From: Polyangiales bacterium
Lineage (GTDB): Bacteria > Myxococcota_A > Polyangia > Polyangiales > Polyangiaceae
NCBI GenBank assembly: GCA_038231275.1
Contig: JBBRLQ010000001.1
Span: 128,001 to 192,000 of the forward strand
DNA length: 64,000 bases
Direction of reading: 5' to 3'
Below are positions 51,102-61,350 of this stretch, one piece after another; within the stretch, counting starts at the first letter, position 1, and every line of letters starts with the position of its first letter. The translations under genes and the position numbers were made by a program. The notes below the pieces were generated by a model, which ran no database searches, was not told the DNA's origin, and worked only from the letters and a program-made list of their open reading frames with translations.

Positions 51102-53423
51102 TTCCCCGGACGGGTTCTTGTTCCGGCGCCGCGTCGTCTTGGGGACCTTGCCCTCGAGCGGCGATTTCTGCGCGGTCGGCGTCATGTGGAAGCGCGTGGC
51201 CGGCCGCGCCGCCGCCTCGTGCACCTTCACGACGTTGCGCGTGATCTCGATGAAGCGCGACTGGCTCCTTACGATCTGCGCGCCCGGCTTGGGCTGCACG
51301 CGCACGTAGCTGCCGTCGGCTTGCAGCGCCCACGCCTTCACGTTGTCCGACGCGCCGAGGGTGAGCGCGTCGATGAGCCGCGCGCGGAGCGAGTTGTCCT
51401 CGATTGGCACCATCACCTCGACGCGGCGGTGGAAGTTTCGCGGCATCCAGTCGGCGCTCGAGATGTACACCTCGTCCTTGCCGCCGTTCGCGAAGTGCAC
51501 GACGCGGCCGTGCTCCAGGTACCGGTCGACGATCGCGCGCACCTCGATGGTCTCGCTGACGCTCGGCACGCCGGGGCGCAGACAACAGATGCCGCGCACG
51601 ATGAGGGAGATGGGCACGCCCGCCTGCGACGCGCGGTAGAGCGCCTCGATGACGTCCTCGTCGACGACGGCGTTCATCTTCGCGACGATTCGCGCCGGCC
51701 GGCCGCTGCGCGCGTGCTCGGTCTCGCGCGCGATGAGGCCGAGCACCGTCTCGTGCAAACCGAGCGGCGCGACGATGAGGCTGTTCCACTTGGTCGGCGC
51801 GCTGTAGCCGGTGAGCAAGTTGAAGAGGCTCGACGCGTCCTCGGTGATGCCGGGCTTGCAGGTGAGGAGCGAAAAGTCGGTGTAGAGGCGCGCGCTCGAG
51901 GTGTTGTAGTTGCCGGTCGACAGGTGCACGTAGCGGCGGAGCTTGCCGCGCTCGCGGCGAATGATGAGGAGGCACTTGGCGTGCGTCTTGAGGCCGAGGA
52001 GGCCGTAGACGACGTGGACGCCCGCCTGCTCGAGCGCGCGCGCCCCCTGGATGTTCGACTCCTCGTCGAAGCGCGCCTTCAATTCGACGATTGCGGTGAC
52101 CTGCTTGCCGCTCTCCGCCGCGCGGGCGAGCGCCTTGATGATCGAGGAGTCGCCGCCGGCGCGGTAGAGCGTCTGCTTGATGGCGAGCACGTCGGGGTCG
52201 TCCGCCGCGCGCGCGATGAGATCGACGACCGAGTCGAACGTCTCGTACGGGTGGTGAAGGAGCACGTCCTGCTCGCGCATCACCGCGAACACGTCCTCCG
52301 CGTCGCGCAGCGGCGGCACCGCGAGCGGCGTGAACGGCTCGTCACGCAGCTCGCGGCGATCGTCGCGAGCGGCCATGTACAAGAGGTCCGCCACGTTCAG
52401 CAGACCCGCCGACACCGTCGACTGCGGCGTCTGGATCGACACGCGGTATACGTCGCGCTCCGGATCGAGCTTGAGCGCCTTGACGAGCTTCGCGAGCGAC
52501 GCCACCGTCGGTTCCCCTGCGACCTCGAGGCGCACCGCGTTTCCGCGTTCGCGACGGCGAAGCTCCTGCTGGATCGTCTGAAGGAGATCCTCGGCCTCCT
52601 CTTCGTCGATCTCGATGTCGAAGTTGCGCGTGACGCGGAAGGCGTAGACGCCCTTGAGGCGAACGCCCGGGAAGATCATCCCGACGTGCCGCGCGACGAG
52701 ATCCTCGAGGAGAACGAACGCGTGACGCGCCGCCGATCCGTCGGGCATCTTGATGCCGGGGATCTCCATCAAGCGCGGCAGGATCATCGGCACCTGCACG
52801 ACGCCGAAGCCCGCCTCCGCGGCGCCGTCGCCCATGAACATGACGCCGAGGTTCAGGCTCTTGTTGCGGACGTGCGGGAACGGGTGGCCCGGATCGATCG
52901 CGATCGGGGTCATGATCGGGAAGATCTCGTTCACGAACCGCTCGTCGAGCGCGGCGAGGGCGTCGGGCGGGAGCGCCTCGGGCTTGAGGAGCATGATGCC
53001 CTGCTCGGCGAGGCGCGGGAGGAGGTGGTTGACCAGGCCGACGGTGTGCTGGTGCACGAGATCGTGCACGCGCGTCGCGATGGTGTTCAGCTGCTCGGCG
53101 ACCGTCATCCCGTCGGGGGCGATCTCGCCGACCTCACCGGAGAGCTGCTGCTTCAGGCCGGCGACCCGTACCATGAAGAACTCGTCGAGGTTCGAGCTGA
53201 CGATCGCGTAGAACTTCAGTCGCTCGAGGAGCGGTACGCTCTCGCTCTCGGCCTCGGCGAGGACGCGCGCGTTGAACTCCAGCCACGACAGCTCGCGGTT
53301 CAAGTAGAGCGCGTTCGAGCGAAGGTCCGGTCCCTCGACCGCTACGAGCGACGCGACGGGCACCGCCGACGAGATCGGCGGATGCGGCGTCGCGCTCGAA
53401 ACGGGCCCAGAGTCGGTGGTCAT
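51099..53423 (-). CDS. ppk1: Polyphosphate kinase 1
   Basis: NRELSWLEFNARVL, NLDEFFMVRVAG, LHHPYE, ELKARFDEE, KTHAK, SADWMPRN. Confidence 0.98.
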   Translation of the reverse strand: MTTDSGPVSSATPHPPISSAVPVASLVAVEGPDLRSNALYLNRELSWLEFNARVLAEAESESVPLLERLKFYAIVSSNLDEFFMVRVAGLKQQLSGEVGEIAPDGMTVAEQLNTIATRVHDLVHQHTVGLVNHLLPRLAEQGIMLLKPEALPPDALAALDERFVNEIFPIMTPIAIDPGHPFPHVRNKSLNLGVMFMGDGAAEAGFGVVQVPMILPRLMEIPGIKMPDGSAARHAFVLLEDLVARHVGMIFPGVRLKGVYAFRVTRNFDIEIDEEEAEDLLQTIQQELRRRERGNAVRLEVAGEPTVASLAKLVKALKLDPERDVYRVSIQTPQSTVSAGLLNVADLLYMAARDDRRELRDEPFTPLAVPPLRDAEDVFAVMREQDVLLHHPYETFDSVVDLIARAADDPDVLAIKQTLYRAGGDSSIIKALARAAESGKQVTAIVELKARFDEESNIQGARALEQAGVHVVYGLLGLKTHAKCLLIIRRERGKLRRYVHLSTGNYNTSSARLYTDFSLLTCKPGITEDASSLFNLLTGYSAPTKWNSLIVAPLGLHETVLGLIARETEHARSGRPARIVAKMNAVVDEDVIEALYRASQAGVPISLIVRGICCLRPGVPSVSETIEVRAIVDRYLEHGRVVHFANGGKDEVYISSADWMPRNFHRRVEVMVPIEDNSLRARLIDALTLGASDNVKAWALQADGSYVRVQPKPGAQIVRSQSRFIEITRNVVKVHEAAARPATRFHMTPTAQKSPLEGKVPKTTRRRNKNPSGE

Positions 53424-53431
53424 CGGGAGGG

Positions 53432-55276
53432 CTATCTTACCTCATCTCCCCCGGGAGACGGCTTCGTCGGGGATTTCTGCAACGGAAGCGGGGCGATATC
53501 CCGTCGCATCCACACGTGATCCACCTCGAAAACCGCGGTTTCGACGTACCGCGCCTCCACCCACTCCGCCGTCCTAGGGCTGTGCTCCCGCAGGTCCTGG
53601 AAGGCGTCCTGCCAGGTGATCAGCGGCGACTTGTCGAGGAACACGAAGGCCGCCGGGGGCGCCTTCTCGAGGCGCGCCAGCAAGTCGACCTCGTGCTCGT
53701 CGCGGAGCGCCATGATGCGCGCCTGCTCCTGCGCGTTGGGGTGCAGGCCCGTCGGCTCCGGGAGCTGCCCCCCCGCGAGCGCGGCGTCGGCGTTGAGATC
53801 GTACGCGTAGATGTACGGCGTCGCGCTCATGCGCTCGGCGAGAAAGAGGATGTACGGATCCATGCCGTACATCTGGACCTTGTCGGTCGGTTTCGTGTGC
53901 TCCTTCAGGTACGCCGCCGTCTGGCGCATCTCCCACGGGAAAAAATCGTAGCTCGTGAAATAGATGAGGTAGTCGTGCGAGCTTCGCTCCTCGGCGTCGC
54001 GCGCCTTCGTGAGGATCCACAAGTTGGTCGTGTGCGGCGACATCGGCATCATCAACGCGACGCGCAGCGCCAGGGCGCTCGCCACGAGAAACGGCGCGAG
54101 GCGCGCGCCTGAGCGCTTCTGCGACTTCGACGCCGACGACCGCTCCCAGAGCCAGACGACGATCGCGAGCCACTGGAGGTGGAGGCCCGCGCTCACGGGA
54201 TGAAAGTGATACGGGAAGCCCTTGGCCTGCATCACCGCGCTCGCGAGGCCGCACAGAGGGAGCAGCGCGAGCGCGAGGGCTCGCCGCGGCATCTGCCGAT
54301 CGAAGATGAGGCCCAGCATCGCGGCGCTCGTGACGAACGAGAGCGCCGCGGTGGTGCTGATGCCGGGCAGCGCGAAGATCTCGACCGCTGCGCGCGGCCA
54401 GATGAAGCGGTACATGCGCGGCACGTCGACGAAGTAGATCCGCAGGAACGCGCCGATGTCGGCGTAAATCACCAGGTACGCGAGCTGCGAGAGCGCTCCG
54501 AACGCGCCGCCGATCCCGAACGCGACGAGGCGCGCCTTCTTCCCGAGCTTCGGCTCGTCGTCGACCACGAGCGCGAGCAGCTGCGCCATCGTGAAGAAGA
54601 CGAACGTAGGCTTGCCGAACCACGTGACGACGCTGAGCGCGCCGACGAGCACCAGGAGGCGCCGCGGCCACACGCTCCCCTCGCGCCGCAGCCCCGCCTG
54701 CGCGACGAGCTGGAGCATCACCGACGAGAGGAGGAACCAGTCGAAGAAGCTCTCGCGCTGCGCGATGTCCCAGTAGATGTACTGGAGGTACTGCCCCGAA
54801 AGCACGACCCATCCCGCGAAGGCCCACGCGAGGTGCGGCAAGATGCGCTCGGGGCGATCGAAGAGGCGCGCGGCCGGGCGGAGGCGCCGACCGATCCCGG
54901 GGAGGCATGCTCCGGCGAGCGCGAACGTAGCTCCGGTGACGCACAAGTCGAGGACACGGAAGCGGTGCTCGTCGGCGCCGCCGAGGTGCAAGAACACGAG
55001 GTGCACGAGGTGGGTCAGCGGGCCGTTCACGTCGCGGACGTCGAGGTAGTCCTTCGCGCCCTGATCCACGGCCCACGCGACGTACTGGAAGATGCCCTGA
55101 TCGCGCCCGAGCGTGGTGAGCGAGGCGCGGTGCGTGGCGTCGATGACCCAGAAGAGGGGCGGCAGCCCGACGATGAGCGCAGGAACCACTGCGAGGAGCA
55201 GCCGACGGAGGACGCGCGACCACGGGACCGCGCGCGGGCTCTCCGTCTCTTCCCTCGCCGCCTCGTCCCGCTGCAT
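53432..55276 (-). CDS. Polytopic membrane protein, GT-C (PMT/ArnT-like) glycosyltransferase-like
   Basis: About 10 TM segments, RDQGIF..Y.DVRDVNGP first loop, KP and YHF motifs, periplasmic C-terminal domain. Confidence 0.55.
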   Translation of the reverse strand: MQRDEAAREETESPRAVPWSRVLRRLLLAVVPALIVGLPPLFWVIDATHRASLTTLGRDQGIFQYVAWAVDQGAKDYLDVRDVNGPLTHLVHLVFLHLGGADEHRFRVLDLCVTGATFALAGACLPGIGRRLRPAARLFDRPERILPHLAWAFAGWVVLSGQYLQYIYWDIAQRESFFDWFLLSSVMLQLVAQAGLRREGSVWPRRLLVLVGALSVVTWFGKPTFVFFTMAQLLALVVDDEPKLGKKARLVAFGIGGAFGALSQLAYLVIYADIGAFLRIYFVDVPRMYRFIWPRAAVEIFALPGISTTAALSFVTSAAMLGLIFDRQMPRRALALALLPLCGLASAVMQAKGFPYHFHPVSAGLHLQWLAIVVWLWERSSASKSQKRSGARLAPFLVASALALRVALMMPMSPHTTNLWILTKARDAEERSSHDYLIYFTSYDFFPWEMRQTAAYLKEHTKPTDKVQMYGMDPYILFLAERMSATPYIYAYDLNADAALAGGQLPEPTGLHPNAQEQARIMALRDEHEVDLLARLEKAPPAAFVFLDKSPLITWQDAFQDLREHSPRTAEWVEARYVETAVFEVDHVWMRRDIAPLPLQKSPTKPSPGGDEVR

Positions 55277-55350
55277 GAAGGCCCGAACCTAGTTCAGGAA
55301 AGCCGCCGTCGCGAGCGGCAAAGGCGCGCCGCTCGGGATATTCTCGGGCC

Positions 55351-56391
55351 GTGGCCAAGACACGGAGCGCGAACGACGGCAGGGGCGGAGCCTCGGGTCA
55401 CGGCGTCTCCGGGCGTCTCGTTCTCCCGATGCTGCAGGGACTGAAGCGCCTCGGCGCGGACGTCGGGCCGCTCGTGGCGCACCTGGGAGAAGCCGACACG
55501 CTCGACGAGACGCAGGTCCTCGCGTTCCTCGATCGATTGAGCCGCGAGCTGGGAGATCCGCTGCTCGGCCTCTCCATCGCGCGCGCGGCGCCGCTCGGGA
55601 CGTTCGGCTTCATCGACTACTGCACGATGACGAGCCCGACCCTCGGCGACGCGCTCGAGCGCGTGACACGGTACGTCTGCATGCTGACCGATCGCGTGCG
55701 CGTGACCGTCGAGATCGACGGCGATCGCGCCATCGTCGCGCGCGCGCTGAAGTCGGGCGCGCTCCACAACCGGCACCTCTCCGAGTTCACCCTCGCGATC
55801 ATCGCCGAGCGGTGCCGCGAGGTCGTGGGCCCCGCGATGGCGTTTCGCGAATGCGCGTTCGCGCACGCGCCGGCGGCGGAGGTCGCGCGCTACGAGGCGT
55901 TCTTCGGCGCGCCCGTGAGCTTCGACGCGATGCGGGACGTGCTCGTGTTCGACGCGGTGCTCCTCACCCACCCGCTGAAGACGGCAGATCCCGCGGTCGC
56001 CGCGATGCTCGACGCGCACGGACGCCGGCTGGCCGTCGATACGGCTGGACACGATCCCGCGCTCGACGATCTCCGCCGAAAGATCTCCGCGCGCCTCGAG
56101 GACGGCACGCCGAGCCTCGCCGAGCTCGCGCACGCCAGCCACACCTCGGCGCGCACGCTCCAGCGGCGCCTCAGCGATCGCGGGACCAGCCTCCGCGCCC
56201 TCGTCGACGACGTGCGGCGCGAGGCGGCGCAGGAGCTCCTCGCGCGGCCCGACACGGAGATCTCGGAGATCTGCTTCGTCCTCGGCTTCTCCGATCCGGC
56301 GCCGTTCTACCGCGCCTTTCGCCGGTGGACGGGGACGACGCCGCAGAAGTTCCGCGATCAGACGTCTCCGCCGCGTCCGAACGGCGATTAG
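55351..56391 (+). CDS. AraC family regulator (arabinose-binding-2 type N-domain)
   Basis: TSPTLGDALER; SARTLQRRL; LGFSDPAPFYRAFRRWTGTTP. Confidence 0.92.
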   Translation: MAKTRSANDGRGGASGHGVSGRLVLPMLQGLKRLGADVGPLVAHLGEADTLDETQVLAFLDRLSRELGDPLLGLSIARAAPLGTFGFIDYCTMTSPTLGDALERVTRYVCMLTDRVRVTVEIDGDRAIVARALKSGALHNRHLSEFTLAIIAERCREVVGPAMAFRECAFAHAPAAEVARYEAFFGAPVSFDAMRDVLVFDAVLLTHPLKTADPAVAAMLDAHGRRLAVDTAGHDPALDDLRRKISARLEDGTPSLAELAHASHTSARTLQRRLSDRGTSLRALVDDVRREAAQELLARPDTEISEICFVLGFSDPAPFYRAFRRWTGTTPQKFRDQTSPPRPNGD

Positions 56392-56398
56392 CCAGGGT

Positions 56399-56430
56399 TT
56401 GGCGCGTTCGTACAATTCATTGGCACGTCG
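56399..56430 (+). promoter_or_regulatory. Putative AraC-family binding site (direct repeat, 21-bp period)
   Basis: TTGGCGCGT at 56399 and TTGGCACGT at 56420, between araC and the downstream lipoprotein. Confidence 0.5.
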
Positions 56431-56472
56431 GGTCCGTGACGGAGGATCGCGAACGCTTCATAGCGTCGCCCG

Positions 56473-58275
56473 ATGAAGCGTCGGTCCTTTCGGCGGGTGA
56501 TCTCGGCGTTGGCCCTCGCGCTCGTCGCCGCGTGCAGCGTGGGCGGCAAGGGAGGCTTCGACGGAGACACGTCGATCGACGCGGGACCGCCGCCCGACTT
56601 GGCCGAGACTCCGGACGCGACGGGCGGCATCCAAGACGGCAGCGGCGTCCTCAACAACGGGACGATCGACGCGGAGCCGAGCTGCACGCCTGACGCCGGT
56701 GGCCCCGGCCCGGTGCGACGCGTGTGCCTGCTCCCGAGCGACAACGAGTGCGACGGCAAGCACGACCTCGCCGGGTTTGCGCCGAACGGCAGCGGCGGCA
56801 ACGGCTTCGACGACGACTGCGACGGGCTCGTCGACGAGGGCTGCGCGTGCCCGGCGGCGGGCGTCACCAAGGAGTGCTTCCTCGTCCCCGCAAGCCAGAC
56901 GCTCGGCGGCGTGCCCGCGGGATGGTGCGCCGAGAATGCGCGCGGGACCGTCGACTGCGTGAAGAAGACGCAAGAGTTCGCGGGCACGTGGAGCGGACAG
57001 TGCCGCGGCGCGCAGCCTCCTTTCCCCGACGACGTGTGCGCGAAGGGAGACTTCGACTGCGACGGACGCGAAGAGAACAGCAAGGCGCACGACTGCAGCT
57101 GCGGCCCCGGCAGCATCCAGTGCCCGACGACGCCGCTCGAGACCGTGCCGTACCCGCCGCCCTCGCAGCTCCCACTCGTCGTCGACGCGGCGAAGTGGTT
57201 CCAGAACCCCGCCGAGTCGACGTCCGCGAAGAACTGGAAGTGGTCGCTCGTCGGCGGCGACTGCGACAACGTCCTGCCGCACCCGACGTTCGCAATGTAC
57301 AAAACGCAGGACGGCGCGGCCCCCCCCGTCGGCGCGCAGAAGGACACGCTCGGCGCGAGCGGCAAAGAGCACGGCGTCGTCGCGAGCGAGCCGACGATCA
57401 CGTCGTCGTTCTATCCGGCGTTCTCGCTCTCCGGCGACTACATCGTCACCGGCGAGTTCGATCTGTTCGGCAAGCACTATGCGTGCACGCAGAAGATCGC
57501 CGTGCGCGCGCCGGGGATCCGCGCCGAGGCGTGCTGGGACACCGAGACGGCCGGCGTCGATCTCGATCTGCACGTCGCCAGGGTCGACGGCTTCGCGAGC
57601 TGCCCCAAGAAGGGGTGGAGCGAGACCTGCGCGACCGAGGACTGCTACTACGGCAGCTGTTACGGAGGAAACGCGCTCTCCTGGTACCCGCCGTCGGCGT
57701 CGTCGGCGTGCCAAGGATGGGGCTCGCAGACGAGCGGCGCGTGCAATAACCCACGCCTCGATCGCGACGCGAACGGCCTCTCCGGCGTGTGCGACGCGAC
57801 GGTCACCAACCCCAACGCACCGGGCGGCGGCAGCGGCACCCCAGGCGGCGGATTCTGCGGCCCCGAGAACGTCAACGTCGACACGCCCGCCGACGGCTCG
57901 AAATACGCCGTCGCCGTGAAATACTTCGGCGGAAGCGGCGTCTCGCGCACGCACGTGAACGTCTACTGCAACGGCGAGCGCGTGCTCTCCACCGGCTACA
58001 GCCCGGTCACCGGCATCGACTTCCCGAAGCTCACGACGGCCGGCGACGACACCACCGGCGACATGTGGAAGGTGACGCTCATCACCGCGCAGGTGAAAAA
58101 CGGCGTGCTGTCGTGCGACGTGAAGCCGACCGCGTCGCAGAACCCGCACGCGGCGCTCGACGGGAACAGCGCCTACTGCGTCGACACGACGTCGATGGAT
58201 GGCGCGAACACGACCAAGTACCTCGCGCCCGGCGGCGCCGCGCCGCTGAACTCCGACGCGATGTGCTTCCACTGA
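56473..58275 (+). CDS. Cys-rich lipoprotein with DDDCDG metal-binding-like repeats and YfaP/DUF2135-like domain
   Basis: LVAAC lipobox; DDDCDGLVDEG and DFDCDG; WD...DLDLHV...LDRD...GPENVNV. Confidence 0.7.
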   Translation: MKRRSFRRVISALALALVAACSVGGKGGFDGDTSIDAGPPPDLAETPDATGGIQDGSGVLNNGTIDAEPSCTPDAGGPGPVRRVCLLPSDNECDGKHDLAGFAPNGSGGNGFDDDCDGLVDEGCACPAAGVTKECFLVPASQTLGGVPAGWCAENARGTVDCVKKTQEFAGTWSGQCRGAQPPFPDDVCAKGDFDCDGREENSKAHDCSCGPGSIQCPTTPLETVPYPPPSQLPLVVDAAKWFQNPAESTSAKNWKWSLVGGDCDNVLPHPTFAMYKTQDGAAPPVGAQKDTLGASGKEHGVVASEPTITSSFYPAFSLSGDYIVTGEFDLFGKHYACTQKIAVRAPGIRAEACWDTETAGVDLDLHVARVDGFASCPKKGWSETCATEDCYYGSCYGGNALSWYPPSASSACQGWGSQTSGACNNPRLDRDANGLSGVCDATVTNPNAPGGGSGTPGGGFCGPENVNVDTPADGSKYAVAVKYFGGSGVSRTHVNVYCNGERVLSTGYSPVTGIDFPKLTTAGDDTTGDMWKVTLITAQVKNGVLSCDVKPTASQNPHAALDGNSAYCVDTTSMDGANTTKYLAPGGAAPLNSDAMCFH

Positions 58276-58301
58276 TCCGCTTCCGCCAAGGAGCTCCTTC
58301 C

Positions 58302-59504
58302 ATGCGTTCCGTGAAGTCCCCTCGCGCGTTCGTGGCGTGCGCGACGCCCGTGGTCCTCTCCGTCTCCGTCCTCGTCGCCGCGTGCAGCGCAGACGGCGGC
58401 GCGCAAATCCCCGACGACGTCGACGCCGCCGTGCCCACCGCCGACTCGCTCGGCATCGACGCGTCGCGCGGGGGCTCCAACGACGCCGCGGCGCCGCTCG
58501 ACGCCACTCTGCCGGCCGATCCCGACGCCGCATCTCCGCCCACCGACGGCGCCACCTCCGACGCGACGCCGCCGAACGACGCGCAGATCGTCGAGGCGGG
58601 ACAAGACGCCGGCGGGCCGCAAGGCTCCGCGTGCCAGCCGCTCAGCCAGATCCAGCAGCAAGCGTGCGGCACATGCGGCTTCCAGACGCGCACGTGCCTC
58701 GCGACCGACGGCGGTCCCGTCGGCAAGTGGGGCGCGTGGGGCTTCTGCCAGGGACAGGTCGCGGGCGGCTGCACACCGGGACAATCCGCGACCGAGGCGT
58801 GCGGGTTCTGCGGGACGCGGCAGAAGGTCTGCCAGAACGACTGCACGTACGCGGTCGGCGCCTGCCAAGGTCAGCCCGCCAATCCTTGCCCGCCCGGAGC
58901 GATCGACTACGAGCTCGGCCTCTCCTGCGACGTCGGAGGACGCGAGCGCTTCTGCTCCGCGGCGTGCACGTGGGGAAGCTTCGGCGGTTGCTTCGTCCCC
59001 GAGGGTGGCCTCACCGGCGCGTCGATCAAGATCCCGGCGACCGTCGGCGCGAAGGCGAGCGCGAAGTTCACCCTCCCCGCTGCGCAGACGCTGGAGCTCC
59101 TCGGCGATACGTGCCCGACCGCGACGATCGGCACGACGATGACCTCGTACCAGTACGTCGAGGTCTACAACCCGACGGCGAAGACCGCGACGGTCTCGGT
59201 GTGGACCGGCAAGGCGACGGGCGGCGTCGACATCGACACGGTGATGGCCGCGTACGGCGGCGTGAACGTCCCCTTCACCGCCGCCGCGCGAATGGCTTGC
59301 GTGTCCGGCGTGAACGACAGCTGCACCGACGGCGACGCGACCGCGTGCAAGGCGAGCTGGGCGGGCCTCGTCGGGACCGACGCGGTGACGATCGGCGCGT
59401 ACGGCTCTGCGCTCGTCTACAACGCTGCGTTCAACGACGCCGCGTCGGGCAGCCCGCACGCCGGCGCCTACCAGCTCTTCGTCCGCACCGACGCGCTCCA
59501 ATAA
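58302..59504 (+). CDS. Cys-rich lipoprotein with CGxCG..W repeats
   Basis: LVAAC lipobox, DA-rich linker, repeats CGTCG..W..WG.C, CGFCG..C and C..WGSFGGC. Confidence 0.68.
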   Translation: MRSVKSPRAFVACATPVVLSVSVLVAACSADGGAQIPDDVDAAVPTADSLGIDASRGGSNDAAAPLDATLPADPDAASPPTDGATSDATPPNDAQIVEAGQDAGGPQGSACQPLSQIQQQACGTCGFQTRTCLATDGGPVGKWGAWGFCQGQVAGGCTPGQSATEACGFCGTRQKVCQNDCTYAVGACQGQPANPCPPGAIDYELGLSCDVGGRERFCSAACTWGSFGGCFVPEGGLTGASIKIPATVGAKASAKFTLPAAQTLELLGDTCPTATIGTTMTSYQYVEVYNPTAKTATVSVWTGKATGGVDIDTVMAAYGGVNVPFTAAARMACVSGVNDSCTDGDATACKASWAGLVGTDAVTIGAYGSALVYNAAFNDAASGSPHAGAYQLFVRTDALQ

Positions 59505-59639
59505 GGCCGCGCTCTCGCCGGCGCCCGTCGTAACGCCCCGGCAACGCTCGGGATCGCTGCGGCATGTGGATTGCTCGTCGCTTACGTAAGGGGGAATCCT
59601 CGACGCTCGTTCGAAAAAAGCGCCACAATTCCCTCCACC

Positions 59640-60758
59640 ATGAGCGATCCCGCCCGGCGGCTGGCCACGCCGCAAGCTGCACCTGCTGATCGCGCGAGGG
59701 TCTTCGGCGAGATGATGGCGCTCGCCAAGGGCAAGCACGTGTTGATTCCGCTGCGCGGTCACCCCGATCCCGACGGCATCGCGTCGGCGATGGCGCAGGC
59801 CCACATCGCGGCGCGCTTCGGGGTCGCCAAGACCACGATCGGCTACTCGCACGAGCTGAGCCACCGCGAGAACCGCGCGCTCGTGAAGCTCCTCGGCGTC
59901 GAGCTGCGGAAGGTGAAGGCGATCAAAGACCTCGGTCACGTCGATTTCTTGTCGCTCGTCGACTCGTACGACGTCGACCCCGAGGTCTCGGACGCCGACC
60001 AGTACGAGCTCCTCACGATCATCGATCATCACCGCGCGCCGGCGCCGCCCAAGGCGCGCTTCGTGGATATTCGTCTCGACGTCACGGCCACGTCGACGAT
60101 CTTCACCGAGTACCTCCAGGAGCTCGCGCCGCTCGACGTCGAGGTCGAAGAGGATCGGCGCGTCTCCACCGCGCTCATGCACGGCCTGTCGACCGACACC
60201 GACGACTTCGTCCTCGCGCGCGCCGTCGACTTCCGCGCGGCCGCGCAGATTTCCGAGGTGTGTGATCGCGATCTGCTCGCCGACTTGAGCCGGCGCCTCA
60301 TCGCCCCCAGCGCGATGGACGTCATCGCCCGCGCCCTCGCCTCGCTCGTCGTGCGACGAAATTTCGCGATGGCGGGGGTCGGGTTCGTGTCGGACTCCGA
60401 TCGCGACACGATCGCGCAGGCCGCGGATTTTCTCGTGCGGCGTGAGGACATCGACACCGTCGTCGTGTACGGCGTGGTCGGCGAGCGCTTCATCGAGGGC
60501 TCGCTGCGCACGCACTCACCGAGCGTCGATCCCGCGGTGTGGCTCGAGCAAGCGTTCGGCCACGACGACAAGGGGCGGCCCTACGGCGGCGGCCGCCGCG
60601 ACAAGGGAGGCTTCCGAATTCCCATCGGCTTCCTCGGACGCTCGACCGATCGCGCGCAGCTCTGGACGTTGGTCGAGCACGCGGCGAGGACGGCGCTCCT
60701 GAAGCAGCTCGGCGACGAGCCGACGACCGGCATCATCGCGACGGCGACGACGTCGTAA
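59640..60758 (+). CDS. DHH family phosphoesterase (NrnA-like)
   Basis: HPDPDGIAS, LVDS, IDHH, ATSTI, TDT, GSLRT, GGG. Confidence 0.88.
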   Translation: MSDPARRLATPQAAPADRARVFGEMMALAKGKHVLIPLRGHPDPDGIASAMAQAHIAARFGVAKTTIGYSHELSHRENRALVKLLGVELRKVKAIKDLGHVDFLSLVDSYDVDPEVSDADQYELLTIIDHHRAPAPPKARFVDIRLDVTATSTIFTEYLQELAPLDVEVEEDRRVSTALMHGLSTDTDDFVLARAVDFRAAAQISEVCDRDLLADLSRRLIAPSAMDVIARALASLVVRRNFAMAGVGFVSDSDRDTIAQAADFLVRREDIDTVVVYGVVGERFIEGSLRTHSPSVDPAVWLEQAFGHDDKGRPYGGGRRDKGGFRIPIGFLGRSTDRAQLWTLVEHAARTALLKQLGDEPTTGIIATATTS

Positions 60759-60774
60759 CGAAACGCTAACGGCC

Positions 60775-61266
60775 TCAGACGAGCGCGGCGAGCATGCCGT
60801 GACCGGCTGCTGCGGCGCGCGCATACAGCGACGCCACGCGCGTGAGCGAGCGACCGACGGTCTGGATCTGACGCTCGTTGGGCGTGCGCTCCTGACCGTA
60901 GTCGCCGTACACGTCCTTGCCCTGCAGCGACAAGAAACGAATGCGAACGACGTCGCGCGGTAGGCGGGCGAGCGCGGCGGAGACGTGTGCGACGCGATCG
61001 GGCAAGAGCAGGCGCGCCTTGCCGTGGGCCGTCGTCGCCGCGATCGCGCGGCCAGTGCGCGCGAGGATCGCGTCGCCTAGGAGCGGCTCGCGCCCACGAT
61101 CGGAGAGGAGGTAGTCGAGCGCGTCCCAGGTGTCGGCAAGATCGAGGAGCCCGGGGACGTCCGTGTCGTGGCGTGCCTCGACGAGCTCGGCGAGCAGATC
61201 GGGGGTGCCTTCGATCTGACGAAGGCGCGCGTCGGAGAGGGTGCAAAGGACTCCGTTTTTGTCCAT
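60775..61266 (-). CDS. DUF1877 (YfbM)-like protein
   Basis: LDLADTWDALDYLL..AI..ARLL.P..V pattern. Alternative start at 61290. Confidence 0.6.
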   Translation of the reverse strand: MDKNGVLCTLSDARLRQIEGTPDLLAELVEARHDTDVPGLLDLADTWDALDYLLSDRGREPLLGDAILARTGRAIAATTAHGKARLLLPDRVAHVSAALARLPRDVVRIRFLSLQGKDVYGDYGQERTPNERQIQTVGRSLTRVASLYARAAAAGHGMLAALV

Positions 61267-61350
61267 GGCGAGATGTAGGTACCACTTCATCGGGGTTAAG
61301 GCTCGCGATTGCGCGGGGGGGGTGTAACCTCCCGACTTCGGGGGATTTCG

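Noticed and set aside
56421..56436. TGGCACG resembling a sigma54 -24 box
   Set aside because: There is no GC at the -12 position. It is better explained as part of the AraC direct repeat.
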